Both the position numbers and the translations under genes were made by a program. Positions 39,699-50,892 of a stretch of 64,000 nt of DNA are shown piece by piece (the stretch's first letter is position 1; every line of letters begins with the position of its first letter). The stretch is from Alphaproteobacteria bacterium (GTDB taxonomy: Bacteria; Pseudomonadota; Alphaproteobacteria; MPNO01; UBA830): contig JAYQSP010000008.1 in assembly GCA_038146925.1 (NCBI GenBank), forward strand, positions 31,901-95,900, written 5' to 3'. A model generated the notes under the pieces. That model did not search any database, was not told the DNA's origin, and was given only the letters and a program-made list of their open reading frames with translations.

Positions 39699-41303
39699 AT
39701 GGCCGAAGACTTTCGCGAACTGATAGACGAGCTCCACGCGGCGGACGAACTGATAGAGATCGAAAAGCCGGTTGATATCCGACACATCGCGACACTGGTC
39801 GATCAGTCCGACAAGGCGCTGATGTTCACGAACGTCAATGGGTACGATATGCCCGTGGTTTCAGGGGTTACCAACAGCCGGGAGCGGCTGGCCATCGCGG
39901 CCGGGTGCGATTTTTCGGATATCGAGGGACGTTTGCGCGAGGGCCTCGACCGGCCGATCGAGCCGGTATACGTAAATACCGGCCCGGCACGGGAAGTCTA
40001 CGTCGAAGGCGACGACGTCGATCTTTATTCCATGCCGGTGCCGCTGTTTTCCGTGCTCGATGGCGGACCGATGATCACTGCCGGAATCACGCTGTCGCGC
40101 GACCCGGACGAAGACGAGAATTCCGCCATCAATGCCGGCGTCTACCGGTTTCTGGTCAAGGAAAAGAATCTGACCGGGATCGATATCGTCACGCCCAACA
40201 ACCTCCATCGATACGCAGCCAAGGCGTACGAGAAAGGCGAGCCGTTGCCGATTTCGATCAATATCGGTACCCATCCGTTCGAACTGATCTGTTCCACCTA
40301 CAAGGCCCGGGCCGGGGTCAGCGAACTCGGCATCGCCGGCGGCATGCGCGGCAAGGGCGTGCCGCTGACCCAGTGCCAGACCATCGACATGCCGTGCATC
40401 GCCGACGCCGAAATCGTGCTGGAGGCCGAAATCCTGCCGACCGGCTGGACTCAGCCCGAAGGCCGGTTCGGCGAATTCACGCGCCTGATGGGCGGGCTTC
40501 ACTGGAACCCGCATGTGCGGATCAAGGCGATCTCGATGCGCAAGAACCCTCTCTATTACGCACTCCACATGCCCTGGGAAAACATCTGGCCGTCAGGACC
40601 CATTTACGAAGCCAATGTGCGTCGCGTCCTCGACGAGGCCGGCGTCAACGTCACCGCCGTCAACATCACGCCCGGGGGGTGCTGCCACTGGCATGCGATT
40701 GTCGCCATCAAACCGCTGCCTGGCGACGGTAAGAACGCGATCACGGCCGCGCTCTCGGTCGCCGACATGAAACACGTCACCGTGGTCGATCACGATATCG
40801 ACGTGTTCGATCACGTCGATGTTGAATGGGCGGTTGCGACGCGTGTCCAGGCGGACCGGGACGTGGTAATTATTTCCGGCGCGAGGTCCAAGCCACTCGA
40901 CCCCAGCCTGCCGCCGCCGGGCCCGTATTCCCGGGTGCCGACAACGGCCAAGATGGGTATCGATGCGACGATTCCCGACAACGTGCCGCGCGAACGCTTT
41001 CACCGCATCGCCTATGCCTATGCCGACGAAGTGAAGCTCGACGATTTCATCGGACCGGCGAACGGAACGGCAAAACCGGTCACCGAAATTTCGCCCGAAG
41101 ACCTGGCGGGTCAGATCAAGGCGCTGATCACCGAGGAGCCGCTTTATTTCGCCGAATTATGCGAGAAATTCGTTGCCCACGGTTTCCAGGCGGTGACGCG
41201 GGCGATCGGCGTGCTGCATGAAAGCGGCGTCCTGTGGCAGGATCCGGAAGGGAAATTCTGCCTGAAAGAGTCCCGGTTCGCGGCGGTGCCGCCGAAGCGG
41301 TAG
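39699..41303 (+). CDS. UbiD-family (prFMN-dependent) decarboxylase with C-terminal extension
   Basis: [35 protein letters not shown]...VEWA.ATR.QA.RD, LDPS, KMGIDAT. Confidence 0.9.
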   Translation: MAEDFRELIDELHAADELIEIEKPVDIRHIATLVDQSDKALMFTNVNGYDMPVVSGVTNSRERLAIAAGCDFSDIEGRLREGLDRPIEPVYVNTGPAREVYVEGDDVDLYSMPVPLFSVLDGGPMITAGITLSRDPDEDENSAINAGVYRFLVKEKNLTGIDIVTPNNLHRYAAKAYEKGEPLPISINIGTHPFELICSTYKARAGVSELGIAGGMRGKGVPLTQCQTIDMPCIADAEIVLEAEILPTGWTQPEGRFGEFTRLMGGLHWNPHVRIKAISMRKNPLYYALHMPWENIWPSGPIYEANVRRVLDEAGVNVTAVNITPGGCCHWHAIVAIKPLPGDGKNAITAALSVADMKHVTVVDHDIDVFDHVDVEWAVATRVQADRDVVIISGARSKPLDPSLPPPGPYSRVPTTAKMGIDATIPDNVPRERFHRIAYAYADEVKLDDFIGPANGTAKPVTEISPEDLAGQIKALITEEPLYFAELCEKFVAHGFQAVTRAIGVLHESGVLWQDPEGKFCLKESRFAAVPPKR

Positions 41304-41359
41304 TACTTAATTTTCTATCCGTTTGCGCGAGCCGGAGCCGTGAAAAGAACGGCGCACTT

Positions 41360-41875
41360 CTAGTCGTCGTAGCCTATCAGCGAATGGACCGGCACATCCA
41401 GCCGGTCCCTGCCGTTGAGGAAATTGAGCTCGATGATAAAAGACGAAGCGACGACATCGGCGCCGACGCCGCGCAGCAGCTCGACTGCGGCGGCGGCGGT
41501 GCCGCCGGTTGCCAGCAGATCATCCATGAGGACGACTTTCTGCCCCTGATGCAGGGCGTCCGCCTGAATTTCGATCGTGTCGGAGCCGTATTCCAGATCG
41601 TAGGTGTGGGAAATCGTCTCGCCAGGCAATTTGTCTTTCTTGCGTACCATCGTGAACCCGATCCCGAGGCGGAGCGCCAGAGGCGCCGCCACCAGAAATC
41701 CGCGCGATTCGATTCCGACCAGCCGATCAGGTTTGTAGGGGCCGATCTCTTCGGTCAGTCGGTCCACCGTGGCTTCCCATGCCTCGGCATGCTGCAGCAG
41801 AGTGGAAATGTCGTAGAAAAGTATGCCCGGCTTGGGGAAATCCGGCACAGACCGGATGTGGTCTTTCAAGTTCAT
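41360..41875 (-). CDS. apt: Adenine phosphoribosyltransferase
   Basis: [39 protein letters not shown]. Confidence 0.96.
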   Translation of the reverse strand: MNLKDHIRSVPDFPKPGILFYDISTLLQHAEAWEATVDRLTEEIGPYKPDRLVGIESRGFLVAAPLALRLGIGFTMVRKKDKLPGETISHTYDLEYGSDTIEIQADALHQGQKVVLMDDLLATGGTAAAAVELLRGVGADVVASSFIIELNFLNGRDRLDVPVHSLIGYDD

Positions 41876-41959
41876 GGCGAATCCTGATTGGGTGTTGGTG
41901 CGGCGAATGCGGCATGTCATCCTACCCAATCGTCAACCTCGCGCCAACGGACACCTGAC

Positions 41960-43282
41960 ATGGAACACGTCTTTCACCGGTTTCCGAAATCGACCCTGCC
42001 GGTCGTTGCCCGGGGCGACGGCATGTTTGTCTATGACAAAGACGGCAACGAATACCTCGATGCGTGCGGGGGCGCCGCCGTTTCGTGTCTCGGCCATTCG
42101 GACGAGAGCGTCAAACGCGCGATCGTCGACCAGCTCGATCGCATCCCGTTCGCACACACGGCCTTCTACACGTCCGATGTGGCGGAACAGCTGGCAGACC
42201 GGCTGACGGCCATGGCGCCCGGAAACCTGTCGCGTGTCTACTTCACGTCCGGCGGGTCGGAGGCGACGGAAACGGCGCTGAAGATGGCGCGACAGTATTT
42301 CGTCGAAAAAGGAGAGCCCGAGCGGCGGCATATCATCTCCCGCCGGCAGAGTTATCATGGCAATACGCTGGGCGCGCTGGCGGCAGGGGGCAACCAGTGG
42401 CGGCGCGCGCAGTTCGAGCCGCTGCTGTTCGAAACGCATCATATCGCTCCATGCTATGAGTACCGGGACCGGGAGCCGGATGAATCGCCGGAAGCGTACG
42501 GCATAAGGGTCGCAGACGAACTGGACGAGCAGATTTCGGAACTCGGCGCCGAGAACGTAATTGCCTTTATCGCAGAAACCGTCGTCGGGGCGACATCCGG
42601 CGCGGTGCCGCCGACGCCGGGATACTTCAAACGCATCCGCGAGATCTGCGACCGGCATGGCATCCTGCTGATCCTCGACGAGGTAATGTGCGGAACAGGG
42701 CGCACGGGGACTATGTTCGCCTGCGAACAGGACGATATCGCCCCCGATCTCCTGACGATGGCAAAAGGTTTGGGCGCTGGGTACCAGCCGATCGGGGCGG
42801 TGATGGTCGGCGCGCATCTGTTCGACGCGTTTCGCGGCGGCAGCGGGTTTTTCCAGCACGGCCATACCTATATGGCTCATCCGACTGCGTGCGCCGCTTC
42901 GCTCGCGGTTATAAACGCCATCGAGGAACGCGATTTGCTCGCAAACGTGCGGGACAGAGGCGCGGAACTGCGCGCGGCGCTCGAAGACCGGTTCGGCCAG
43001 CATCCCCATATCGGCGATATTCGGGGACGGGGGCTGTTTATCGGCCTTGAAATCGTTCGCGACCGGGAGTCCAAAGAGCCGTTCGACGGCGGCGCGGCGC
43101 TGGCCGGGGCGATAAAGGCCAACGCCATGGCCGCAGGTCTGATGATTTATCCCATGGGCGGCACGATCGATGGCAGCCGCGGTACCCACATTCTGCTGGC
43201 ACCGCCCTACATCCTGGAGAGCGGACATATTGGCATAATCGTCGATCGATTGGGCGCCGCCATCGACGCCTCGACCCCCTGA
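41960..43282 (+). CDS. PLP-dependent aminotransferase class III
   Basis: YLDACGGAAVSCLGH, SGGSEA.E, SYHGNT, DEVMCG.GRTG, AKGLG.GY.P, HGHTY. Confidence 0.92.
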   Translation: MEHVFHRFPKSTLPVVARGDGMFVYDKDGNEYLDACGGAAVSCLGHSDESVKRAIVDQLDRIPFAHTAFYTSDVAEQLADRLTAMAPGNLSRVYFTSGGSEATETALKMARQYFVEKGEPERRHIISRRQSYHGNTLGALAAGGNQWRRAQFEPLLFETHHIAPCYEYRDREPDESPEAYGIRVADELDEQISELGAENVIAFIAETVVGATSGAVPPTPGYFKRIREICDRHGILLILDEVMCGTGRTGTMFACEQDDIAPDLLTMAKGLGAGYQPIGAVMVGAHLFDAFRGGSGFFQHGHTYMAHPTACAASLAVINAIEERDLLANVRDRGAELRAALEDRFGQHPHIGDIRGRGLFIGLEIVRDRESKEPFDGGAALAGAIKANAMAAGLMIYPMGGTIDGSRGTHILLAPPYILESGHIGIIVDRLGAAIDASTP

Positions 43283-43527
43283 TCCGGCACGGAACAGAAA
43301 GTTAGAAATCTAAACAATACAATTGTTTAGGGTCGTTGCAGTGCGGATGCCGCGTTGACGCCGCGGTTTCGGATGGGCATTCTTGGATACAGGTTGTGAG
43401 CCGACCGGGCTCATGGTCCACAACGACGCGAACGCGTTTAACCGCCGGTTTCCAATGGTCGGGACCGGTCGTGGTTTTCCGGCAAACCCGCAGAAAACCG
43501 GATTACGCAAAGGGAGACACATCAGAT

Positions 43528-44508
43528 ATGAAAAAACTCGTGATCAGTCTGTCCGCCGCCGTCATCGCGGCAGGGACATACAGCGTTGCCACCAGCGGTA
43601 CTGCCGTTGCGCAGCAGCAGTTCATTTCCATCGGCACCGGCGGTGTGACCGGCGTCTACTATCCGACCGGCGGCGCGATCTGCCGACTGGTCAACCGGGG
43701 CCGCAAGGATCACAACATCCGCTGCTCGGTCGAATCCACGGGTGGCTCGATATACAACATTAACACCATCAAGGCCGGCGAACTCGATTTCGGCGTCGCC
43801 CAGTCGGATTGGCAGTATCATGCCTATAACGGTACCTCCAAGTTCAAGGACGCCGGCGCATATAAAGACCTGCGGGCCGTGTTCTCGGTTCATCCGGAAC
43901 CCTTTACCGTCGTCGCCCGAGCAGATGCAGGGATCAAGAATTTCGGCGACCTCAAGGGCAAGCGTGTCAACATCGGCAACCCCGGTTCCGGTCAGCGCGG
44001 CACCATGGAAGTCCTGATGGGCGAAATGGGCTGGGACAAGAGCGTTTTCAAGCTTGCCTCCGAGCTGAAATCCGCCGAACAGAGCCAGGCGCTGTGCGAC
44101 AACAAGATCGACGCCATGGTCTTCACGGTCGGTCATCCGTCCGGTTCGATCAAGGAAGCCACCACGTCCTGCTCATCGGTCCTGGTCAACGTCACAGGCC
44201 CGGCCGTTGATGCCCTCGTCAAGAAGAATTCGTTCTACCGCAAGGCCACCATTCCGGGCGGTATGTACACCGGTTCGCCCAACGACACGCAGACCTTCGG
44301 CGTCGGCGCCACCTTCGTCAGCTCGACCAAGGTTGCCGACAAGGTCGTCTACGAAGTCGTGAAAGCGGTGTTCGAAAACTTCGACCGCTTCAAGAAGCTT
44401 CATCCGGCGTTCCGTAAGCTGAAGGAATCGGAAATGATCAAGGACGGTCTTTCCGCGCCGCTGCATGTCGGTGCCGCGAAGTACTACAAGGAAAAGGGCT
44501 GGATGTAA
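43528..44508 (+). CDS. TAXI-family TRAP solute-binding subunit
   Basis: [39 protein letters not shown]. Confidence 0.94.
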   Translation: MKKLVISLSAAVIAAGTYSVATSGTAVAQQQFISIGTGGVTGVYYPTGGAICRLVNRGRKDHNIRCSVESTGGSIYNINTIKAGELDFGVAQSDWQYHAYNGTSKFKDAGAYKDLRAVFSVHPEPFTVVARADAGIKNFGDLKGKRVNIGNPGSGQRGTMEVLMGEMGWDKSVFKLASELKSAEQSQALCDNKIDAMVFTVGHPSGSIKEATTSCSSVLVNVTGPAVDALVKKNSFYRKATIPGGMYTGSPNDTQTFGVGATFVSSTKVADKVVYEVVKAVFENFDRFKKLHPAFRKLKESEMIKDGLSAPLHVGAAKYYKEKGWM

Positions 44509-44526
44509 TATCCGCCTGACGACGAC

Positions 44527-44550
44527 GGGGGAGGCGTCGCCGCCTCCCCC
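44527..44550 (+). terminator. Stem-loop after the TAXI gene (stabiliser or partial terminator, no U-tract)
   Basis: GGGGGAGGCG-TCGC-CGCCTCCCCC. Confidence 0.55.
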
Positions 44551-44664
44551 GGACTCTCCCCGGAAAGCGGCAAAGACCGCGGAGACAAAAGATATATAAC
44601 AAACCCGGCCACTCTATGCCGGGAAGCGCGAGGGTGCACCATCGCCGATCAGGATCAATCTACC

Positions 44665-47271
44665 ATGCAAATGGCGGATGAGGAGCTGCAGGATCTTGTA
44701 GCTTCCACGGATACCGGCGCCCGTAATCCGGGCGGCAGCGTGGCGAAGCTGCTTGCCGGCGTGGCGCTGGCATGGTCGCTGTTCCAACTGTGGATTGCGT
44801 CGCCGCTGCCGTTCATGGTCACCGATATCATCCCGGTTCTGAACAACACCGAAACCCGGTCGATCCATCTGGCCTTCGCGATCTTTCTGGCCTTCGCAGC
44901 ATATCCCGCCCTGAAACGTTCGCCGCGCGACCGCATCCCGCTGCAAGACTGGGTGTTCGCGCTAGTCGGCGCGTTCGCGGCTGCCTACCTGTTCCTGTTT
45001 TACGGCGAACTGTCGGAACGCCCTGGCGCGCCCATCGAAATGGATCTGTGGATCGCCGGTATCGGGCTGGTCGCCCTACTGGAAGCCACGCGCCGGGCGC
45101 TGGGACCGCCGCTGATGATCGTCGCGCTGGTTTTTCTCGCATATGTGTTCTTCGGCGACAGCGCCGTTGTGCCAGAAGCCATCCGCTGGAAAGGCGCGTC
45201 CTTTGCCAAGGCGATGAGTCACCAGTGGCTGACGACCGAAGGCGTGTACGGTATCGCGCTGGGCGTTTCGACCAGTTTCGTGTTCCTTTTCGTGCTGTTC
45301 GGCTCGCTACTCGATAAGGCAGGGGCCGGCAATTACTTCATCAAGGTCGCGTTCTCGCTGCTCGGCCATCTGCGCGGCGGACCCGCCAAGGCGGCCGTTC
45401 TTGCCTCCGCGATGACCGGACTGATCTCTGGCTCTTCGATCGCCAACGTCGTGACCACGGGCACGTTCACCATTCCGCTGATGAAGCGCGTCGGCTTCAC
45501 GCCGGAGCAAGGCGGGTCGGTCGAGGTCGCGTCCTCGGTCAACGGGCAGATTATGCCGCCGGTCATGGGGGCAGCGGCGTTTCTCATGGTCGAATATGTC
45601 GGCATTTCGTATCTCGAAGTCATCACACACGCATTTCTGCCGGCGGTGATTTCCTACATCGCGCTTCTGTACATCGTGCATCTCGAAGCGCTGAAGAACG
45701 AGATGGAAGGCCTGCCCAAACCGGGCGCGGAGAAAACGGCGATGATGCGGCTGGTGGGTGCCGGTATTTCGACATCGTCGATCCTGATCCTCGCCGGCAT
45801 CGTCTATTACGGCATCCTCGGCATCAAGTCGGTGTTCGGCGATGTCTCGGGCGGCATCCTGGCGATCGCCGTTCTGATTATTTACGTCGCGCTGATCTGG
45901 TTCGCGACGAAAAGCCCGGACCTGGAAATGGACGATCCCAACGCGGAAATCGTCTCGCTGCCGGAATTCATGCCGACCTTCAAGACCGGTCTGCACTACA
46001 TTTTGCCGATCGTCGTGCTCATCTGGTTCCTGATAGTGGAACGCAAGTCGCCGGGGCTGTCGGCCTTCTGGGCCAGTGCGCTGATGTTGTTCATTCTGAT
46101 CACCCAGCACCCGCTGAAAGCGATGTTCCGGAAAACCGCCGACACATCCGCCGCATTCAGACGCGGCTGGGACGAATTGATCGATGGCCTGATTGTCGGT
46201 GCGCGCAACATGATCGGCATCGGCGTCGCTACCGCCGCAGCCGGCATCATCGTCGGCACCGTCACCCTGACCGGCATCGGCCAGGTGATGACCGAATTCG
46301 TCGAAGTGCTGTCCGGCGGCTACCTGATCGTCATGCTGATTCTGGTCGCCATCATCAGCCTGATTCTCGGTATGGGGCTGCCGACGACGGCCAATTACAT
46401 TGTCGTGTCGTCGCTGATGGCGGGCGTTGTGGTCGAACTCGGCGCCGCCAACGGGCTGATCGTGCCGTTGATCGCTGTGCATATGTTCGTGTTCTATTTC
46501 GGCATCATGGCGGATGTGACGCCACCTGTGGGACTTGCGTCGTTTGCGGCGGCAGCCGTGTCCGGCGGCGATCCGATCAAAACCGGTTTCACGGCGTTCT
46601 TCTATTCGCTGCGGACGGTCATCCTGCCGTTCCTGTTTATCTTCAACACCGACCTTCTGCTGATCGATGTCGGCTGGGTGGATGGTATCGCGGTGTTCAT
46701 TGTGGCCACGGCGGCGATGCTGATCTTCGCCGCCGGCACGCAGGGCTTTTTCATCGCCCGCAGCAAAGCCTGGGAATCGGTTCTGCTGATCCTGATCGCG
46801 TTCACGCTGTTCCGGCCCGGTTTCTGGCTCGACCAGGTGCAGGCGCCGTTCGAATCCGCCGATCCCAAAAGCCTCGTCCAGGTGGCCGAAGCACAGCCCG
46901 CCGGGTCCGAACTACGGGTGTTTGTCGTCGGTCAGAACGCGGAAGGCGCGGATGTCGAAACCACGGTGGTCTTGCCTCTCGGCCCGAGAGCGGGCGGCGA
47001 AAAACGACTGGAATTCGCAGGCATCAAAATCGTCGAGAACGACGGCAAGGTTGTGATCGACGACGTGATCCAGGCAGACGAACAGGGCAAGGATACGGCG
47101 GCCAAGACCGCCAAGCTGGAATTCGACATGGTCATCCAGTCGGCAGAGGCGCCCCGCGAGCGCATGCCGAAACAAATTTTCTACATCCCGGCGATCGTTC
47201 TGCTGGGGCTGATCTGGATGCTGCAGCGGCGCCGGCGCACCGAGCGGTTGGCGCAGCGGGCCGCCGCATAG
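44665..47271 (+). CDS. TRAP transporter fused permease (4TM/12TM)
   Basis: GGPAKAAV, SGSSIANVVTTG.FTIP, GQIMPPVMGAAAF, LGMGLPTTA.Y, ADVTPPV. Confidence 0.94.
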   Translation: MQMADEELQDLVASTDTGARNPGGSVAKLLAGVALAWSLFQLWIASPLPFMVTDIIPVLNNTETRSIHLAFAIFLAFAAYPALKRSPRDRIPLQDWVFALVGAFAAAYLFLFYGELSERPGAPIEMDLWIAGIGLVALLEATRRALGPPLMIVALVFLAYVFFGDSAVVPEAIRWKGASFAKAMSHQWLTTEGVYGIALGVSTSFVFLFVLFGSLLDKAGAGNYFIKVAFSLLGHLRGGPAKAAVLASAMTGLISGSSIANVVTTGTFTIPLMKRVGFTPEQGGSVEVASSVNGQIMPPVMGAAAFLMVEYVGISYLEVITHAFLPAVISYIALLYIVHLEALKNEMEGLPKPGAEKTAMMRLVGAGISTSSILILAGIVYYGILGIKSVFGDVSGGILAIAVLIIYVALIWFATKSPDLEMDDPNAEIVSLPEFMPTFKTGLHYILPIVVLIWFLIVERKSPGLSAFWASALMLFILITQHPLKAMFRKTADTSAAFRRGWDELIDGLIVGARNMIGIGVATAAAGIIVGTVTLTGIGQVMTEFVEVLSGGYLIVMLILVAIISLILGMGLPTTANYIVVSSLMAGVVVELGAANGLIVPLIAVHMFVFYFGIMADVTPPVGLASFAAAAVSGGDPIKTGFTAFFYSLRTVILPFLFIFNTDLLLIDVGWVDGIAVFIVATAAMLIFAAGTQGFFIARSKAWESVLLILIAFTLFRPGFWLDQVQAPFESADPKSLVQVAEAQPAGSELRVFVVGQNAEGADVETTVVLPLGPRAGGEKRLEFAGIKIVENDGKVVIDDVIQADEQGKDTAAKTAKLEFDMVIQSAEAPRERMPKQIFYIPAIVLLGLIWMLQRRRRTERLAQRAAA

Positions 47272-47283
47272 GGGGAGAGAGAC

Positions 47284-47709
47284 ATGTATTCCGACATTCT
47301 TTTGCCGGTCGATCTGGGAAACGAGAGTTCCTGGGCGAAGGCTTTGCCGACGGCGATCGAGTACTGCCAGGCATTCGGCTCGACCCTTCATGTCATGACC
47401 GTCATGCCGGATTTCGGCTCGCCGATGGTCGCGCAATTCTTCCCCGACGATCACGAAGATAAAATGATGGATAACGCCAACGAGGTGCTTCACAAATTCG
47501 TCGCGGACCGCGTCCCCGACGGCATCAAGGTGCAGCATATCGTCGCCGACGGCACGATCTACAAGACGATCATCGACACGGCCGAAGACATCGGCGCGGA
47601 TCTGATCGTTATGGGGTCGCACCGGCCGGAACTGCAGGACTACCTGCTCGGCCCCAACGCCGCCCGTGTGGTGCGTCATTCGTCCAAATCCGTGTTGGTG
47701 GTGAGGTAG
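47284..47709 (+). CDS. Universal stress protein
   Basis: ILLPVD, ADLIVMGSH, LLGPNA.RVVRH...SVLVVR; typical of TAXI operons. Confidence 0.92.
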   Translation: MYSDILLPVDLGNESSWAKALPTAIEYCQAFGSTLHVMTVMPDFGSPMVAQFFPDDHEDKMMDNANEVLHKFVADRVPDGIKVQHIVADGTIYKTIIDTAEDIGADLIVMGSHRPELQDYLLGPNAARVVRHSSKSVLVVR

Positions 47710-47814
47710 ACGCGCGGGCGATCATCGGCACGTGACTCCGGGGAGACTGTTGGCACGCGAAACCGCCGGAAGACGCGTCCGATTTGGATTTTTCCGAAAG
47801 GCGGCCCGGCGGCA

Positions 47815-48632
47815 ATGATCGTCGCTACGTTATTTGCAGGGCCCCCTGCCCATGCGGGCGATGCGGCTCCGGTACTCCAGACGGTCCCTAAGCCTGAGGA
47901 ATCTCATGTCTGGGGGTCCGATGCGTCGGAACGCGGATACGGCTGAGCGGTTCACGAAAAGGCCTACGGGCATTCTGTCATTCTTAACAGGCGCTGGTAC
48001 GCCGGAGAGTTCGCGAAGGGCAGGCACACGCTGCCTGCCTACCTGATTGTCGTTACCCTTATCACCAAAAGACAATACGCAACCAGGGGTCCCATTCCCG
48101 ATGTCGACCGGTCGACCTAGGAATCATTCGGCCTGATCCACCCCTGGCAGCGTACGCGGCGATACGCATGGAAAGACGGCGCCATTCCAGCGGGCCGGGC
48201 AGATCACCCCTTGGTGCTGGTATCGCACGCCGATGATGCCGCCGATGCAGCGTTGGTCTCGGTCGAGACGGGTCCAACCTGGCGTCTGCCGCCGGAAGCC
48301 GAGTGGGAAAAGGCAGTTCTCGGGACCGAAGGCCAGCGCTTTTCCCGGGGTGACAGGTTCGAGGTATTACAGTTGAACAGTCACGATGCTGGAACTTGTG
48401 ACATGCTGCCGAGTCGCTTGTTTCCATCAGGCCAAAGCCCTTAAGGCGTGCAGGATGCCGCCGGGTAGGAGTCCGAGCGGAAGGCGACGCCCGCGCGGAC
48501 AGGCCGATACGTCGTCAAGAGCGGTTTCCTCTAACGAAAGAGGATGAGGAGGCTGCCGGCCCAATGCACTGCAAGACCGTCCCGAGGGATTGAGACATAT
48601 CCTGTTCGGGTTTCGGTTGGTCAGTGGAGAAC
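47815..48632 (+). pseudogene. Decayed formylglycine-generating-enzyme (SUMF1/EgtB/PvdO) family gene
   Basis: GSDASERGYG*, HPLVLVSHAD, WRLPPEAEWEKA..GTEG.RF, SP*GVQDAAG*, RHILFGFRLV, with several stops and frameshifts. Confidence 0.8.
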
Positions 48633-48725
48633 AGCCTCTGCAGTTCACGGCGATTTTATCGTTTTAGGGTCGTTATTTCTCGTGGATAGACTAGTTCACA
48701 ACATAATTTCCGGCGCGATACGGTC

Positions 48726-49106
48726 GTGCCGTGCGACCCAGACAACTATCGCGCAATCACCATTGACTTCCCGCCTGCTTATACGCCTGTTTCGACCAAC
48801 CGCTGGGTGACCGGCGCAACCTGGCAAAGATCTCACGATGTTTACAAAATGACCAGTCTGTTCGACATCAATTATCCGCTGCGATCCTTGCTGATGAACC
48901 GGTGGATCTCCGCCGTTCTGAACAGGTCTCACCAGCAGACTGTTGAACTGATCCAGACCCGTGACGCCCGTGGGAAAGATTGGGCCGCCGCCGAACACAC
49001 AGACACCATATATTGGGACCGCGATCTAGACACCACGGCTCTCGTCGATGGGTCTACAGACGTTCATACCGCCGCCACGCAGGCAGCACCGGTGGCGACG
49101 GGCTAG
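48726..49106 (+). pseudogene. Probable C-terminal fragment of a DUF6969-like gene
   Basis: TNRWVTG.TW....DV, FDI..P...L.NRWISA, DRDL; no convincing start. Family recognised from memory only. Confidence 0.4.
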
Positions 49107-49110
49107 AGCA

Positions 49111-49497
49111 CTATTTCGAGGCTTCTTTCAAGAATTCTATTAGATTTTCCATATCGGTCGGCTTTTTGATGCCGGCGAAGACCATTTTTGTGCCTTTGAC
49201 AAAGGAGCGCGGCTTAGCGAGATATTCTGCCAACGTCTTTTCATTCCAGACGAGCCCACCGGTACCAGCCTTCTTCATCGCCTTGGAATATTTGTACTTT
49301 TCCGTCGTTCCGGCCGTGCGCCCGATAATACCGTGCAGGCTGGGGCCGATGCGGTGCTTGCTCTCGACCAGCGTATGACAGGCTTTGCACTTGTTGAATA
49401 CTCGTTTGCCTTTTTTAACATCTGCCGCATTGGCAAAACCAAGCGAAACTAATGTTAAAACTACGGCGGCTGCGAAGGTAGACACGAATTTTTTCAT
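49111..49497 (-). CDS. Cytochrome c2-like class I cytochrome c
   Basis: Signal peptide, CKACH, GPSLHG..GR.AG, YKYS.AM, GTKM.F.G. Confidence 0.93.
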   Translation of the reverse strand: MKKFVSTFAAAVVLTLVSLGFANAADVKKGKRVFNKCKACHTLVESKHRIGPSLHGIIGRTAGTTEKYKYSKAMKKAGTGGLVWNEKTLAEYLAKPRSFVKGTKMVFAGIKKPTDMENLIEFLKEASK

Positions 49498-49635
49498 GGC
49501 ATATTCCGGACATTTGTTGGCTTGGATCGTTATGTAAGTATCGCTTATCGGCAGGTCAAACGACGATATCACCACAGTGGCCGGATAGACTCTCGTTTTT
49601 CCTATGCCTCTAACTGATGGGGCCGCTTCAGGCCC

Positions 49636-50892
49636 TTACCCATCCAGCATGCGGCCTTTGCCGATCGCATCGGTGCCGAATCGCGCGCGCAGGTCGTCGA
49701 CCGCGGTTTCGACCTGCTTGCGCCGTTGCGAATCCGGGTCCGCCAGATCGATCGGATCGCAGCGATCCGCAGGCTCGAACTCGGATAATCCCACACCCAG
49801 CAGCCGGTACGGCGTGCCGTTTGCCTCTTTCTCCAGCAGCGGTGCCGCGGCGGCGAAAATGACGTCGGCGAGCTGCGTCGGATGCGGCAGCGTGCGCGAC
49901 CGGGTGTGGATGGCGAAGCGGGATGTTTTAAGTTTCAGAGTTACCGTACGGCCGCCGATCTCTTCCTTCTTTACGCCGGCGGAGACCTTTTCGGTCTGAC
50001 GCCAGAGGATGCGTTTCAATTTCCGGACATCGGCAATGTCTTCGCTGAATGTGGTCTCGCTTGACAGGCTCTTGCGGCCACTTCCCGGTACGACCTTGCG
50101 ATTGTCGCGCCCGCGGGCAAAGCGGGCAAGCCGACCGCCGATTTCGCCGTACCGGCGTGCGAGTTCTGTCTCTGCGTAGCCCTGTAGCTGGCCGATCCGC
50201 GTAATGCCGTCCCGCTCGAGCCGTGTCTGGAATACCCTGCCCACGCCCCAGATGCGGGATACCGGCTGATCGGCGAGAAACGATACCGTTTCCTCCCGGC
50301 CGATGACCGTGAACCCGTGCGGTTTGTTCAGGCTCGAGGCGAATTTGGCGAGGAACTTGTTGTGGCTGAGACCAACCGTCACGGTGATCCCGTGCTCGTC
50401 ATGGATGTCCGCGGCCAGCCGGGCGAGGGTTCGTGCGGGGCTTGAGCCGTGCAGCCGTTCGGTGCCCGCCAGATCGAGAAACGCTTCGTCGATGGAGATC
50501 GGCTCGACCAGCGGCGTGACGTTGCGCATCATTTCCCTGACCGCGCGGCCGACGATGCTGTACTTCTTCATGTCCGGCGGGATCACTACCGCACCGGGGC
50601 AGGCTTTCAGCGCCTTAAACATCGGCATGGCCGAATGGACTCCGTATCGCCGGGCCACATAGCAGGCCGCCATCACAACGCCCCGCTTGCGGCCCCCGAC
50701 CAGTACAGGCTTGTCCGTCAGATCCGGATTGCCGCGCTTCTCGACGCTGGCATAGAACGAATCGCAATCGATGTGCGCGGTGGAAAGAGTATTCAGTTCC
50801 AGATGCTTAACGATCATGCCACCGCCGCAGGCAGAGCAGGTATCTGCGGATCCCGGAGTTTCGGTCAGACAGGTGCGGCACAGCGAGGGCAT
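49636..50892 (-). CDS. dinB: DNA polymerase IV
   Basis: HIDCDSFYASVE, AACY.AR.YGV.SAM, SIDEAFLD, NKFLAK, WGVG; N-terminal CxxC..CxxC. Confidence 0.93.
   Translation of the reverse strand: MPSLCRTCLTETPGSADTCSACGGGMIVKHLELNTLSTAHIDCDSFYASVEKRGNPDLTDKPVLVGGRKRGVVMAACYVARRYGVHSAMPMFKALKACPGAVVIPPDMKKYSIVGRAVREMMRNVTPLVEPISIDEAFLDLAGTERLHGSSPARTLARLAADIHDEHGITVTVGLSHNKFLAKFASSLNKPHGFTVIGREETVSFLADQPVSRIWGVGRVFQTRLERDGITRIGQLQGYAETELARRYGEIGGRLARFARGRDNRKVVPGSGRKSLSSETTFSEDIADVRKLKRILWRQTEKVSAGVKKEEIGGRTVTLKLKTSRFAIHTRSRTLPHPTQLADVIFAAAAPLLEKEANGTPYRLLGVGLSEFEPADRCDPIDLADPDSQRRKQVETAVDDLRARFGTDAIGKGRMLDG

Noticed and set aside
43528-47709. TAXI-TRAP operon with USP gene
   Set aside because: Well-known arrangement.
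50820-50892. N-terminal zinc ribbon on DinB
   Set aside because: Common in alphaproteobacterial DinB; not novel.
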